Shown here: positions 12,496 through 29,812 of the stretch, piece by piece
Layout of the letters: each line of letters opens with the position of its first letter
Numbering within the stretch: the first letter of the stretch is position 1
Origin: Kondoa subrosea
Taxonomy: Eukaryota
NCBI GenBank assembly: GCA_039545335.1
Contig: BCIN01000002.1
Location: forward strand, 2,758,678 to 2,822,677
Length of the DNA stretch: 64,000 nt
Direction: 5' to 3'
The notes under the pieces: generated by a model
What the model was told of the DNA's origin: nothing
The model's input: the letters and a program-made list of their open reading frames with translations, nothing else
Database searches by the model: none
Position numbers and translations under genes: made by a program

Positions 12496-12903
12496 GTTAT
12501 GAATAACAAGACAGTGACAGAGAACCAAGCGTCGTTCCACAGGGTGCACAATGCTCTTTTGGAAAACAAGCTTCCAAGTAAATAGCCCATTTCGCAACAG
12601 GCAGGAATGAAAGATAACAAAAACAGACGTGCATGCATATCTGAACACAGTGACACAAAAAAGCGAATGCAGCAGACTGAGCAGCGAGCATCATAGATGA
12701 AGACTTCAACCAAATCCGCCAGACATGACTCGGATCTTGTTCATGCGACCTTCAAGTCGAAAGGCTAGACTTGTAGACAGTAGAAGTCCAGAGGAAATCA
12801 GGATGTATTAGAGGTTCATTGCAGCTGCCTTGCTCTGCTACAACGCGGCTGTTCATGTTCAACACTGCTTTGAAATTTAGAAGTTGTGTCTTCTTCTCTT
12901 GCT

Positions 12904-14039
12904 ATGACTTTCCGCGCTCCGCAGGCTCTGGGATGCATTCCGAGCATCGTCAACAGTCGGATGCTGTTGGCCGGTCGCGCGCTCTCAACCTCCAGCTCGC
13001 GACAGAGTTCCACTGCTATTGATTTATGTGAGTCATACATTACTAGTGCCTTGCCTTCTGTGTGCGTCTGACTCTGCAATCTTCATAGCAAAGCTCAAGA
13101 TGAAGAAAAGGCGCAAGCGAACAGTGGGTCATCCTGCCTCATCCTTTGGTATACCTATACTTGCTGAAGCTCCTGCATGTGATCTCTTTTTCTTAGTTAT
13201 TGGAATTGAACAGACTCTACGCTGCCAAGACTCCAATAACAATGCTTACAGCTTACGACTATCTATCTGGTAGTTTGGTAGAGAAAGCAGATGTAGACAT
13301 TTGTCTGCTTGGTGATTCTTTAGCAATGGTTGCTTGCGGCTATGAGAACACGAATCAACTCACGTTGGATGAAATGCTGTATCATTGTCGTTCGGTCGCA
13401 AGAGCAGCAAAGACTCCTTTGTTGGTAGCAGATATGCCTTATGGTACTTACCAACTTTCTGTTGATAATGCGGTTGCGAATGCAATGAGATTGGTACAAG
13501 AAGGTGGAATGGAAGCAGTTAAAATGGAAGGAGGCTTAGAAATAACGGAAAAGATTGCAAGATTGACTTCGGTCGGCGTGCCAGTTATGGCACATATCGG
13601 ATTACGGCCTCAGCATCATGTCGCTCTCTCCGGATTTCGTGTTCAAGGCAAAACAGCATCTTCAGCAGTTCGAGTTTACAAAGATGCCTTGGCAATGCAA
13701 GAAGCTGGAGCTTTCTCTATTCTCATTGAAGCTGTACCTTCTCGTCTGGCTGACTACATTACCAAAAAATTATCGATACCTACAATAGGCATAGGAGCAG
13801 GGTCTAAATGCTCGGGTCAAGTTTTGGTCACATTGGATATGCTTGGAGGTTTCGACCGTTTCCTACCTCGGTTTGCTAAGCAATACATGAATCTCAATGA
13901 ATCTGCACTTGAAGCTATTGGTAAGTATGCCGAGGAAGTCAAGAGTCGCACCTTCCCGGATGAAGAGTTGCACACATATCCGATGGCAGGCGAAGAGGAG
14001 TGGGATAAGTTCCTGATCGAGGCTGAAAAGATCAAGTGA
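12904..14039 (+). CDS. ECM31: 3-methyl-2-oxobutanoate (ketopantoate) hydroxymethyltransferase, mitochondrial
   Basis: PITMLTAYD, LLGDSLAMV, VADMPYGTY, AVKMEGG, PVMAHIGLRPQ, IPTIGIGAG. The Arg/Ser-rich first exon resembles a mitochondrial presequence. Confidence 0.95.
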
Positions 14040-14142
14040 AGTAGTGCTGTCAGAGGACAAGTCGGCAGTTCTACGTTGAAAGTGAATGCGAGGCGAATAT
14101 AATGATGAAGGTAATTACACAGTATCAATGGTACAAAATATG

Positions 14143-16952
14143 CTAATGCCGCTGCAAATCAGGTCTCCTCTTCATAGACCTCTCTATATCTCCAATATTG
14201 CCGATATTGAACTCGCTAGCCATACCAGCTCTTGCCGGCTTCAATCCTCTACCTTCGAGAGCTCGACCAGTTCTTGGCTGAACTACTCTCTTGTTCCCTT
14301 CATTTGCGGCAGTCGCCGCAAGCTCTTCCAAATCGAGATCACTTTGGCCCTCTTCAGAATCGCTTGCACCTGCAATCTTTCGGGCGCGTTTGATTCCACC
14401 AGCAGCCTTCTCGGCAGCTTTCTCTTTTGCTGAAACAGCCTTCTTTCCTCCAACGACTCGACCCATGCCTTTTGGCGCTTCACGAAGACCGAAGGCTTTA
14501 GCAAGATGTCCAAGATGAAGGTTTTTGACGTGGAAAAAGGCTTTCTCTTCTGAGGGATGGGTAGCATAAGCACGAGTATGGGAAGCGAAAGCAGATCGAG
14601 CTAGATTAGCATTCTGATTAGACAAAGCATTAGAGCAAATTAAGCAATAGATGGACAAGAGTCACTGACAGCTGTTTGATCTTCAACCCAGCGCTCGAAA
14701 GCCATTTGTACATCTGTAGCTCTTGTTTCATAATCTTTTGCCGCTCCTCCTAGTCCATTAGACAGGACTTCATCCACTGACACCTCTTGTAATCTAGTTA
14801 CAGCACCTTCTTCAACAGCAGCCATCTTTCTTTCCGCCCATTCTACCCAACCAATTTCCGAGGGTAGAACAAACGCCCAAGATTCGCCTGCTGTTCCTGC
14901 ACGAGCTGTCCTACCCACCCGATGAATGTATTCGGTCGCTCCACCTTCAGTTGGTAAATCGCATTGAACGACACATCGAACATAGGGTACATCAATACCT
15001 CTTGCTGCCAAACTCGTGCAGAAGAGAATAGCAGGACCAGGTGCATCGGTGAAAGCTTTGAGGGAAGCCATTCGAGTAGGTAGATCCAAAGAACCATGTA
15101 AGCGATAAATGGGAGTTTTAGGCATGAGTTGAGAATATTGAGCTAAGGCTAAACCGTCTTCATCTGTTGGTGTAGCTTTCTTGGCCATTTCTGCGTCCGA
15201 TGCTCGACCCATCGCTAAACCTCCTACAGCTGACCAATGTAGGTCTACTGAGTCGGTACATGACATGAAAACGAGAACTTTGCGCCCGGCTGATTTAGGG
15301 GCTTTCAAGGTAGCTGGAGAAGGTGTCATGACTTGACGTAGCAGAGCAAGAAGAGCGACAAAACGTAATTTGGGAGGTACGACAATGTAAGATTGTTGTA
15401 ATTGACTCGGAGGCGCGTGTCGAGTATCAGCTGAACCTTCTGGTCCACTTTGACTTAGACTTGGATCTCTGAGCACTTCACCAGCAAAGTTCTTGACGTT
15501 GCCTTGCATAGTAGCAGAGCATAGGACAGCTCTTCTTCTGGGTCTGGATGAAGTGGGAGGTCTGGCTCGTCTTTCAAGGTTTTGCAGTATATCCTTTATT
15601 TGAGGCTCGAAGCCCATGTCCATCAACCGATCAGCCTCATCCAAGACCAACCAGCGTAAACCAAGCCTTGGATCTGGTTGAGCTGGTCTAGGCGTATAAT
15701 TCGGTATGCGAGGCTTATATGAGCGAGAAGTAGGTTTAGAGAAATCATCGTCGTCTGATTCATCTTCCGCTGTTTGGCCTGTTCCATCAAAAGTCTGATC
15801 TTCGTAGGCGAACTCGTCGTCTTCCGATATCTTCGGCTTCTTTTTCGGTCGCAAACTTGGGTCAGGGGTAGCTTTGATGGTTTCACCAGCTAGACGAAAG
15901 CTGGTGGTAGTTTGCAAATGATCCAAAAGACGACCGGGCTGTCAAAAAGGGATCGCACTCAGCAGCCAACAAGCTGAAAAGCGCGTGTCTCCACTGACCG
16001 TTGCTATCAAAAGTGGTACACCTTTCCTCAACCTCGCTTTCTCGTGCTGTCTCGACATTCCTCCGGAAAGTAGACCAGGTGTAAGCCAGCGATGAGAATA
16101 CTGTCCCTCTTCTTCTTTTTTCTCGCCCTCTTCATCTTTCCTAGCACTTGAGAAAGACAAGAGGTTCTGGGCGACTTGATAGATCTGATTGGCCAATTCT
16201 CTCGTAGGTACAGTAACGATTGCCAAAGTGCCAACAGATCGATCAAGAGGTTTGCCTTCTTTTGCGAATTGGATAGAAAGGGAAAGCAGATCTTGTACTA
16301 TTGGTAATAGGTAAGAGAGAGTCTTGCCTGAACCTGTTTGAGCTTGGATGATGTGATCTCGCTCCAACTGAGGTATTAGTAAAGCAGGAATAGATTGTTT
16401 CTGAATAGCTGTCGGTCGAACTAGATTGAATTTACTTGACTTCAGCGTTTCGCTAAGTTGATGAGTGAGACCAAGTGAAGCGAAAGAGCTCCCTACAGCC
16501 GGAGCATTACTAGGTTCTTGCACAACTTGTGGTATAGTCTGAGGTTTTACGACTGGCAGAGTAGGCAAAGAAGAAAAGAGAGAAGAGATGACTTTCTGCT
16601 TTGTGCCATCTGACCTGTTGCTTTGCTGTGGTCGCGAAGTAGCTTCAGCAAGAAATTCTGGCACAGCATCATTGTCTTGAGTTGCACTAAGGTCATTTGT
16701 TGCTGGAACAGCAGACGTTTGCACTGGAGCGCCAGCAGTAGATCTCTTTGGAGCGATCTTGGTCTTCTTAGCTGGCGCAGAAGCAGTCTGATCCTTTACT
16801 AATTTTTGCACTCCAGTTTTCCGAGCAATAGTTTGACTTCGCTTGACTCTGTCCGTCCATCTCTGACTTGTAGCTTTTGATCTGCCCGCGCTGACTTTCT
16901 TGACTGGCCCAGAAGCGACTGGCTCAAAGTTGAAACTTAAGCCTTCGTCCAT
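14143..16952 (-). CDS. DBP7: DEAD-box RNA helicase Dbp7 (60S biogenesis)
   Basis: [69 protein letters not shown], and the C-terminal [12 protein letters not shown]...[16 protein letters not shown] typical of Dbp7. Confidence 0.92.
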
Positions 16953-17103
16953 TGCGGTAAAAAGTGATTAATAATACAAATTGCTTCAATAAGGCATGAC
17001 AACAAGACTGCATCCCAAAACGACTCCTTTTCATTGGTACATTGATAGTATTACAAAAAGCAAGTTGCTAAACCCAAAACAAACGAATACAATGTACTAT
17101 GCA

Positions 17104-21621
<4,518 letters not shown>

Positions 21622-22037
21622 GAAAATCGGTCACTTTGGATCAACAGGCGCGAGATAATTCTGTCTCAAAACGCGACGATGAGCTGCTGCTACTCGCCTT
21701 TGGCATCTGGACTGTATATATATAACTCGACTCTACGATACCATACAACCGCAATGCCAAAAAGTTAGGCTGGCTACACCAATTCCAGGCCATCGAATGA
21801 AGCTCTATATCGATTATTGAACATCATCAGTCTGTGATAGAGCAATCTCTCCTCGCTGACCATATGCTCCGCTTCACCTCTTTGCCGCCATTGGCATCCT
21901 GAAGTGGATCTCGAACTTGAAGGCATCTTTCATCGGCATGTTCATTATGTGCCGCGCGGCTTGCGTTCGATATTCTTCTTCTTCTCTCTTCTGCTCAACC
22001 ATAGCTTCTCTCTTCGTCACTCCTTTCCATTGACAGA

Positions 22038-22857
22038 ATGACTACCTGTAAGCTTTCATCTAATCTTTGACTAGATGCATGTCCTGATAGCTGTACTTTC
22101 ACCTTCAGCTATCGCAAAAGCCCTTGCTGCCGATTCGCACCACAAATTCACTTTCCTCGTTTTCGGCGGTACTGGAGGCACGGGTGCTCCTTTTGTAGCG
22201 AAAGCTTTGGAGAACCAGCACAAGGTTCGCGTTGTTGTCAGAAACCCAGCTGTACGTGTTGCATTCAGGCATTGCTCCCTAGTGTGCTTGACTGATAGTT
22301 ACATCGTACAGAAACTACCTACTTCTGTTTCCGCTTCACCTAATCTTGAAGTCATTCAAGGTTCTATCACAGACGATCTCGACACGGACAAACTCTGCAA
22401 AGATGTCGACATCGTAGTCTGTATGGTTGGAGATCAAGCAATTCAGCAGCAACGTAAGATCTGTTTACCTCTTATCGAAAAATTGGTACCTTCTATGCGT
22501 AAAACCAACACTCGTCGCTTACTCTATCAAGCTGGCGGGTTTTCAAAACCCTACGGCAAAGAACTAGGCTTCATCGTTTGGGCATTGAGGAAAACGATTG
22601 CTACTAGTTTCGAAGGTCAACATCAGGACAATGATGCGGTTATGGAATACTTGGCTACGAAAGCTATGGATATAGAATGGATCAATCATCGAGCTGGCAT
22701 CAACCCTAACGCTCAAGGAAGTAAAGGGACTTTGCACAGGGCTCCGAATGGTGGAAGACCTTCTATTGGCACTCATACGGATTGCGCGGTTTATAGCTAT
22801 AGGGTAGTCCTGGATGACACTGCGGTGCACACTAGTGATTTCAGTCAGTATGCATGA
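22038..22857 (+). CDS. NAD(P)-binding Rossmann protein (flavin reductase/biliverdin reductase B-like)
   Basis: FLVFGGTGGTG dinucleotide-binding motif, VRVVVRNP, LEVIQGSITD. Short first exon ATG ACT ACC T|gtaag. Confidence 0.8.
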
Positions 22858-23207
22858 GTGAGAATCATTGTCTCAGAGGGAGAGTCATGTGTTACAACTT
22901 TGTACACAAGACTGTACACAAGACTCGGTCACATGGCCTTTAGCTGATGCTGAAATGAATACGTGTGCATCATGTAAAGGCCCGTATCGACGTCTGTCCT
23001 TCTTGTCAAGTTTCGGCCATTTGCATAAGTTCATCGCGGACCTGGATACATGGCTCCTGCTCCTGCTCTACGGCTGTACTCGCTGCCCTCCTATATTAGG
23101 ACCCGCCCACGCCGGGGACTAAACTGACGAAAGAGCCTTCTGAAGTTGATTTGATCTCCGCATCTGTTTTTCTTTTCTCTCTTCTGCTCTTCATCTCTAC
23201 TACCAAT

Positions 23208-24255
23208 ATGCCAGTGTTTCTTGCGCTTCTAAGTCTAGCTTGTCGGTTTCGATCTTCCGCTGCACGAACGTTGACTGATGCATTCGAGTGTCTAGCGATC
23301 GCAATCGCCTCACCGCTCCTTCAGCAGCGACAGACCACAGCAGAGTGTACTAGTCTACTTGCACCTCCTGCGCAATTCACGTACCTAGGCGATTTCTATG
23401 CGCAAGTCTCCTCAGCTACAAACGATGCAGCTATAGCTCCTTGTCTTGTGCAATGTATCGCTTTGGATGATGTTGTTCAGGCATGTGTCCGCTGAATGTA
23501 TGACATCAAGTATTGACGAAAGTTACAGGCCGCACCTTGTTTAGACGGAACAGGAAGTATAACAATAGCTGGAAATGGTAGCGCTTTCATCTCTGAATGT
23601 GATGCAGGTCTGTTGTTTTCTCGGTTCACTGCTTCGAGGACTCATGGTGTACTTGAGCAGTCATCAATTATGGCCCGCTGCAAAACGTTTCAACAACCGA
23701 TTGTGCTCAATGTCTGGTCAACGCAGCTTTGCAGGACTCTTTGGAGGAGAATGCAGTAGCTTCAGCGAAGATATGGAACGGTTTGTTCTTGTGCAGAATG
23801 CTACTTGTTTGTTTCTGATCTCGTTCTTAGACTTCATCTCCACTTGCAGCACTTTGTATGTAAATACTGCACAGATTTATCAAGCTTTCACCCTGGTCTG
23901 CGATTCAAATCTAGCCAAACGAGCAATTCTTCCTGGTCTTTCAATTATCAAACCTCGAATTCCCCCTGTCGGAAACACTGCATCTACTTCTCCTCCGCTA
24001 TCTCGTCTAGACCTGACAGAGAAGATCCTACATGACGGTGTAGACACAATGGATTATTCCTTTGACAAAGATCCAGCCAAGTCATCGTCGGCACTCAGTT
24101 GTCGTTCAAAATGGATTCCAGCTCAGCGTCTGACGGTTCAACAGCAATCTGGCTGTCTCTGTACTCGGATTTGTATTGACACAGCTGGCCTGGAAACCAG
24201 TACATTTGCTATCGCTGCTGTTTGCGGAAGGGATCTAAGCACAGTATCATGCTAA
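23208..24255 (+). CDS. Secreted cysteine-containing hypothetical protein (3' end uncertain)
   Basis: Signal-like MPVFLALLSLASIAIA, then SPLLQQRQTTAEC...PCLVQC...PCLD...ECDA...DCAQCLV...IWNDFISTC across four short introns, one of them GC-AG. Confidence 0.6.
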
Positions 24256-24608
24256 GATGGTCTGAGTATGAACAAATTTGCTGTGATATCAATGTATGCC
24301 TATCGCTACGCTGGATACCTTCGTTATAGGCATACACCCAGTCATTATAGGCGGCTTACTAAGCTTAGTAAGCGGTTTATATGCGGTTGCTGAGAGTTGC
24401 TCTTTTCCGCAGCTAGTCAGTTCTGATACTGTCCACAGCGCAAATCCTGCCTCGTCTAACGGCATTTCACATCACTGTGGCCAAGCAGACTCGGAGCAGG
24501 CTGCCACGTCGCTCTCTGCTTTCTACCAGCAAGCTCTTCTGCTCTTGATACACTCTGTTATTATTAGAAGTCACCAAGCTCTGCTAGCAGTCTTCGTCCT
24601 TTCGCTTG

Positions 24609-25587
24609 ATGTTTCAGTTTCTGGATCTCTTCGGACTCGTCGATAAAGACGCTGGATGGTTCGGTGCTCTGCAGTACTATCCTTTACCTATAGCAGAAGT
24701 AGCGCAATTGCTACCTCCCAACACCTGGGCCGTCCATCGTCTCCCAAATGGCAAAGTTCTGTCTACTTCGAATGAGAGCTTGAACAGCTCTATTATCTTT
24801 GATCAGGTAGAGGGTGAGCTCAGATTCTCTTGAATCTCTCGACCTGTCACTAATTCGCGTACTACAGGCTCACATTTCCAGCTCTGTGCACCTACCGCTG
24901 TATCGCTTCCTCAACTGGAAGTCAAATTAGACGAAACTGTTTACTGGCTTCAATCGGATGCTGTTTTCCAAAGAAGCTGGGTGGGGGAGGAAGGTTTCCT
25001 TTGCTTTGCAGATTTCACAAAAGTAGAAATGGGCAAACATACTATTTCGATTGAACAGAAGTCTGCAGGTCAAATACAGGTGGGAACGCTCTTGTAAGAC
25101 GCTAGCCTCACTACTGGATCATCGATCTGAACTTTTGAGCCAGAGTTGAAAGACCTGTGGACATATGGACAGGCGAAATCATCTTTGGCAGCTTCTTTTA
25201 CATCCTCGGCACAATAATCGCTTGGCTTTTCTTGCTCTCTTTCATCGGTGGCACCTGTTTCGGGATACATTACATCACGAGATACTTAATGGGCTTGCTG
25301 GGTTTGGCGAAACGAAAGCCGTTCATCAAGAGACAAAAGCGCTTCGGTGAGAGGCTGGAGAGGTTGGACCGGGAAGGGATGATAGCACTGGAGGGTACGT
25401 CCCATCAGGCATTCGCGATTTCGGGCTGAATCATCAGCAGAATCGACACCTCAAGCTATAGAAACATCATCGAAAGCCACTGAAGCAGGTCTCACTGAGG
25501 AAGAAGGTGAGTTGAGTGACTCTAGCGATTGGACAAATACTGATGATCCCAAATCTAGCTACACTCTTACCGCGATATCAACAATGA
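24609..25587 (+). CDS. Hypothetical membrane protein, tandem paralog 1 (C-terminal LPxY motif)
   Basis: Five exons. Shares GWFG, PIAEVAQxLP, SSIIFDQxEG, HFQLC, LPQLEV, CFADFTK, ISIEQxSxGQIQ, a TM segment and terminal LLPRYQQ* with the next gene. Confidence 0.7.
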
Positions 25588-25993
25588 AAGCTGTCCGACG
25601 CCTATGTTGCACAATGCCCACTCGATCAGCCCATCAGCCTGAGGTATCCATTGTCTCCTGATCTCAAGTTATTGGTACCTGCCCGTGAACATTATGCACA
25701 GCAGCCGAAGGAGGAAAGGTTGCTATAGTCTTGGTCGCGTTTTAGCGCTTCACCGATACGCAGCCTACACAGCTTAGCAAGCACCCTCTCGACCGGTGTT
25801 CTGGTTCCATATTGGATCTTAGTCAGTTGGTATCATGGCTGTGCACCAGGCACATTTCACTTTCTGCTTTGTTCTGATCAATGTTAGACCCAAAGGTCAA
25901 CTTCTGCTTCTTTTGATCTCTCTTTCACCACACACTCTCTTCTTCCCTCCATCACCCAAATCCTTTACGAACAGCCATATTGTCTAGAAGAAG

Positions 25994-26962
25994 ATGCTTC
26001 AATCCCTCGATATATTCAGTGAAATTGACCCTGCGGCGGGTTGGTTTGGGAAAATGGAAAAATTCGCCATACCAATAGCCGAAGTAGCGCAAATGTTGCC
26101 TCAGGACACCTGGTCTATTCGTAGATCACCGGATGGCCATGTATTGGCTTTTTCCAACGGGACTGTGTACTCGTCGATCATATTTGACCAAATTGAAGGT
26201 AGATTTTTTTGTCATCTAAGTCTTACGATTGAGCTTATATTGATAGCAGGTCGACATTTCCAGCTATGCAGCCCAGTTGCAGTCCCGTAGCTTCCACAGC
26301 TAGAAGTCAATATAGACGGTGTACCCTACTCGCTCGATGCAAACCCCTCTTTCACGAATGTCACTGCGGCAGGAGAAAACTTTCAATGTTTCGCCGACTT
26401 CACAAAGATCGGCATGGGACTTCACAATATCTCGATTGAGCAGCAAAGTCCCGGGCAGATACAGATTGGATATTTATTGTCAGTAGCTAGTTATATTTTT
26501 CTGGACGCGAGCTGATCTATACTTTAGATGCGAAAGACCCGTCATAGCTCTCACTTTTGGCAATGTATTTTACATTATCGGCACCATCCTCGTTGAATTG
26601 CCCATATTTATCTTCACCCTCTGTCTCTCTTTCGCCCTCTGTTCCGCATGCTATCGTTGTATATATGGTGACCCACAGGCAGAAGAGCAAGTAGACGCGC
26701 GTGCGCAGGAGGTGGTGGAGCAAGAGTCTACTATAGGTCTTGAGAGTATGTGCCTTCTCAGGAAACCGTCCGACCTGGCTAATGTCGACTTAGCTCTGAC
26801 CCCACAAGTATCGATATTAGAAAGGTCCGAGAAGATGGAAGAAGCAGGTCTTGTAGAGAAAGACAACGTAATAGAGGAAGAAGGTGGACTGCTTCGTGCC
26901 TTCTCCAAAGTTTTCGCTCATATTACATATCAGCTGCTCTGCTCCCGAAATATCAGCAATGA
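25994..26962 (+). pseudogene. Tandem paralog 2 of the hypothetical membrane protein, with one in-frame TAG (26288-26290)
   Basis: Same exon structure and motifs as 24609-25587, ending LLPKYQQ*, but the frame reads HFQLCSPVAVP*LPQLEV. Confidence 0.65.
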
Positions 26963-27238
26963 AAGGCGCCAGCTCTCGGCAGTACACCGTTGGCACAGTA
27001 TATGGCTCATTATTGACGGCGACGCGCTCTCTCGTAATGAAGCGGACGTTCAGTCTTGCTTTATATCGTAATCACCTAGTATAACAATTGCACATATCGC
27101 ACGCATACACTTGCTGTTGAATTTCATACGAACCTTACTCGAGCTCTGCGGAAACTCGCACTTGACTGTTGCTTGCAACCTCGACCTTCCAAGCTCTTGC
27201 TTTCTCTCTCCTTCTGATCGCACAGCATCTCTTGCATC

Positions 27239-28588
27239 ATGTCCGATTATCTTACCACTCTCTTTGGCCTGCAAGGTCGCCTAGCAGTCGTGACGCAAGT
27301 TTAGTGACATGGGACTCCACAAAATGCTGAAATAATTTTTACAGGGGAGCTACAAGGGGACTCGGACAATCCATGGCTCTCGCTCTTGCAGTACGCTTGA
27401 TCATATAGTGCCAGATTGGGGCTGATGGCGCTGCATAGAAAGCTGGAGCTGATATGGTCTTGCTTCAAGTATGCAGCATGCTCTCGGCAGTCACCCTGTC
27501 TAATGTCAGAACAGAGAGATATGAAGAATATGGAGACTGCTGATAAGATTAAAGGCTTAGGGAGGAAAGTTCATGGTGTGTTTAATTCCAGCGCGGAACT
27601 TCGTCGAACTCATTCCTGCCCTACAGTAATCGAATGCGATCTAGCCAAACGAGATCAAGTCGTTCGTCTCTTTTATTTACTGTGCTACGCCACGGTGACG
27701 TCCTTGAGCAGAAAAGCGTCGCAGCCAAGATCACATCGGAGATGGGTCTAACAGGTTCGGTTCTCCATTTCTGTGTTCAACTTGCCGGCGGTTCATAATC
27801 GTATCTCTGATAGTCGACATCCTCCTCAGTACGTTCTCATCGCTTCATCCTGTCGTCTGCTTACTTTCTGTTAGATTGCGGTGGTATTCAAAGACGTTGT
27901 GCGGCCGAAACGTTCAGCGAACAAGATTGGGATGATGTTATCGAAGTACAGTTGAACGCAGGATGGATCTTATCCCAATCGATCGGAAAACATATGCTAG
28001 AAACGAGATCAGAAGGCAAACCAAGAGGAAAGATTATCAATATTGCTAGCGTGCTCAGTTTTCAAGGTGGATATCAGACACCGGCTTATACTGCTGCGTG
28101 AGTGATCGACTCAGAGTATAAAGGTTTATGCTAATACCAACTACGAAAGGAAACATGCTGCTGTTGGCATGACCAAAGCTTTGTCAAATGAATGGGCCGG
28201 CAAAGGAATCAATGTCAATGCTTTGGCGCCTGGCTACGTTATGACCGATATGATTGAAGCTTTGGTGCATGACGAAACTCGATCAAGGCAGAGTGAGTAG
28301 ATTAGCCGAGCACCTGGACTACAGCTGATCGATTTTGTTAGTCATGGAACGAGTTCGTGAGTTGCAGAATATGTGAACAGAAGACCACAATATGCTAAGA
28401 CAGAATCATAGCTGCAAATAGATGGGGATCGCCGAACGATTTCGAAGGCGCAATCATTTATCTAGCTTCTTCTGCATCGGATTTTGTCTCAGGAGAGACT
28501 TTGGTCGTAGACGGGTATGCTTTCGTGTTCCAGAGTGAAATTTTGCAGTGCTGACTGGGAAATTTATAGCGGATGGATGGGAAGATAA
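27239..28588 (+). CDS. Short-chain dehydrogenase, 2-deoxy-D-gluconate 3-dehydrogenase (KduD)-like
   Basis: [39 protein letters not shown] (YxxxK), [25 protein letters not shown]. Confidence 0.88.
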
Positions 28589-28885
28589 AAGAATGAAATG
28601 ATAGTGAAGAACAAAGTGTATTTGCAATGCCAGTCATCATCAATGGCTTCACTAAGTTGATGCATACTTCCGGTCTACCTACCATTTCGCATCGGCTGGA
28701 TTAGGTTCATTCGAGTGACAATGCGTCTTTGACTTACAGGCACGTGAACAATTGTGTTCTGCATATCGATCCGGCTACTACTAGTACAAGTCCAAGCGTC
28801 TATTGAGGTATCCAATGCATGCATATATGACAAAGTGAAAAGGTGGGGAGTTTAGCAAGCTTGTTCTAATTGTTGATTACGAGGA

Positions 28886-29534
28886 TTACGAGGACGGTGT
28901 CGTAGCTTCTGCTTCTGCTGCTTCTGCTTTGATCGGCCTGTGCGTTGTACACTTAGTTCTCAGATGACCAGGCAGCTTGGAGTTCTTCGCAACACACCTT
29001 CCTATTTCTGCCTCTATCCTCTGTTTCGCCCTATACACTTTGGATTGTAGATATATCGACGAGCCTTTCGCGGGATCATTGACTTTGAAAAGATGATCAT
29101 AGTTCTGCCACATATAGATCAGCTCGATAGTATCTTATAGTCGGTCGAAAATCGCTACCTTGAGCAACTGTTGTAAAGCTGTCTCTGGCAGTTCTCCCTT
29201 TTCAGCAGCTGTCACATTTAGGATATTGCAAGCTTCATCGAAGGCCATGCGATGCTGCCGAGTAAGTGCATTTGCAGATGAAGAGACTGATGAAGAGCCT
29301 GCTGCTGCTGGTTCGGCTGCTTGAGCATCTGTGCGATTATTGAAGACACTTCAGCACATTATCGTGCCAACAAGTCGTCCTACGCACTTCTTATTGCTTG
29401 CCTAGATGCTTGCACAAAAGCTTTGCCTAACACTTGCGCGCCAACAACAGCGAGTTGGGCGACGATTCCTGCTCATGAATGATCCTGAGCTACATCTAGC
29501 TGTTCAAACGCTGCGACGAACTAGGTATACTCAT
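28886..29534 (-). CDS. PAM16: Mitochondrial import motor subunit Pam16/Tim16
   Basis: [72 protein letters not shown]. Confidence 0.92.
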
Positions 29535-29812
29535 GTTGCGAGGTGGACGTTCGATAATGACAAAATTCATTCGAAACTGAGAAGATGATCAAGTGTGGCT
29601 ACGAGTCCTGAAATGATGTCGTAGGTGCTCAGCAAGTGTCTCGCACATTGTGCGCTTGCTTCTTCCGCAAAACAACGAAATGAGATATTGAGACACACTT
29701 GAGACTAATAATTTAGACTACATACTACTACATAGGATAACCTTCGTGTATAAGCTGATTACCTATTAATACAAATACGCACAATATACTATACCTCAAT
29801 CCAGAATTTCGA

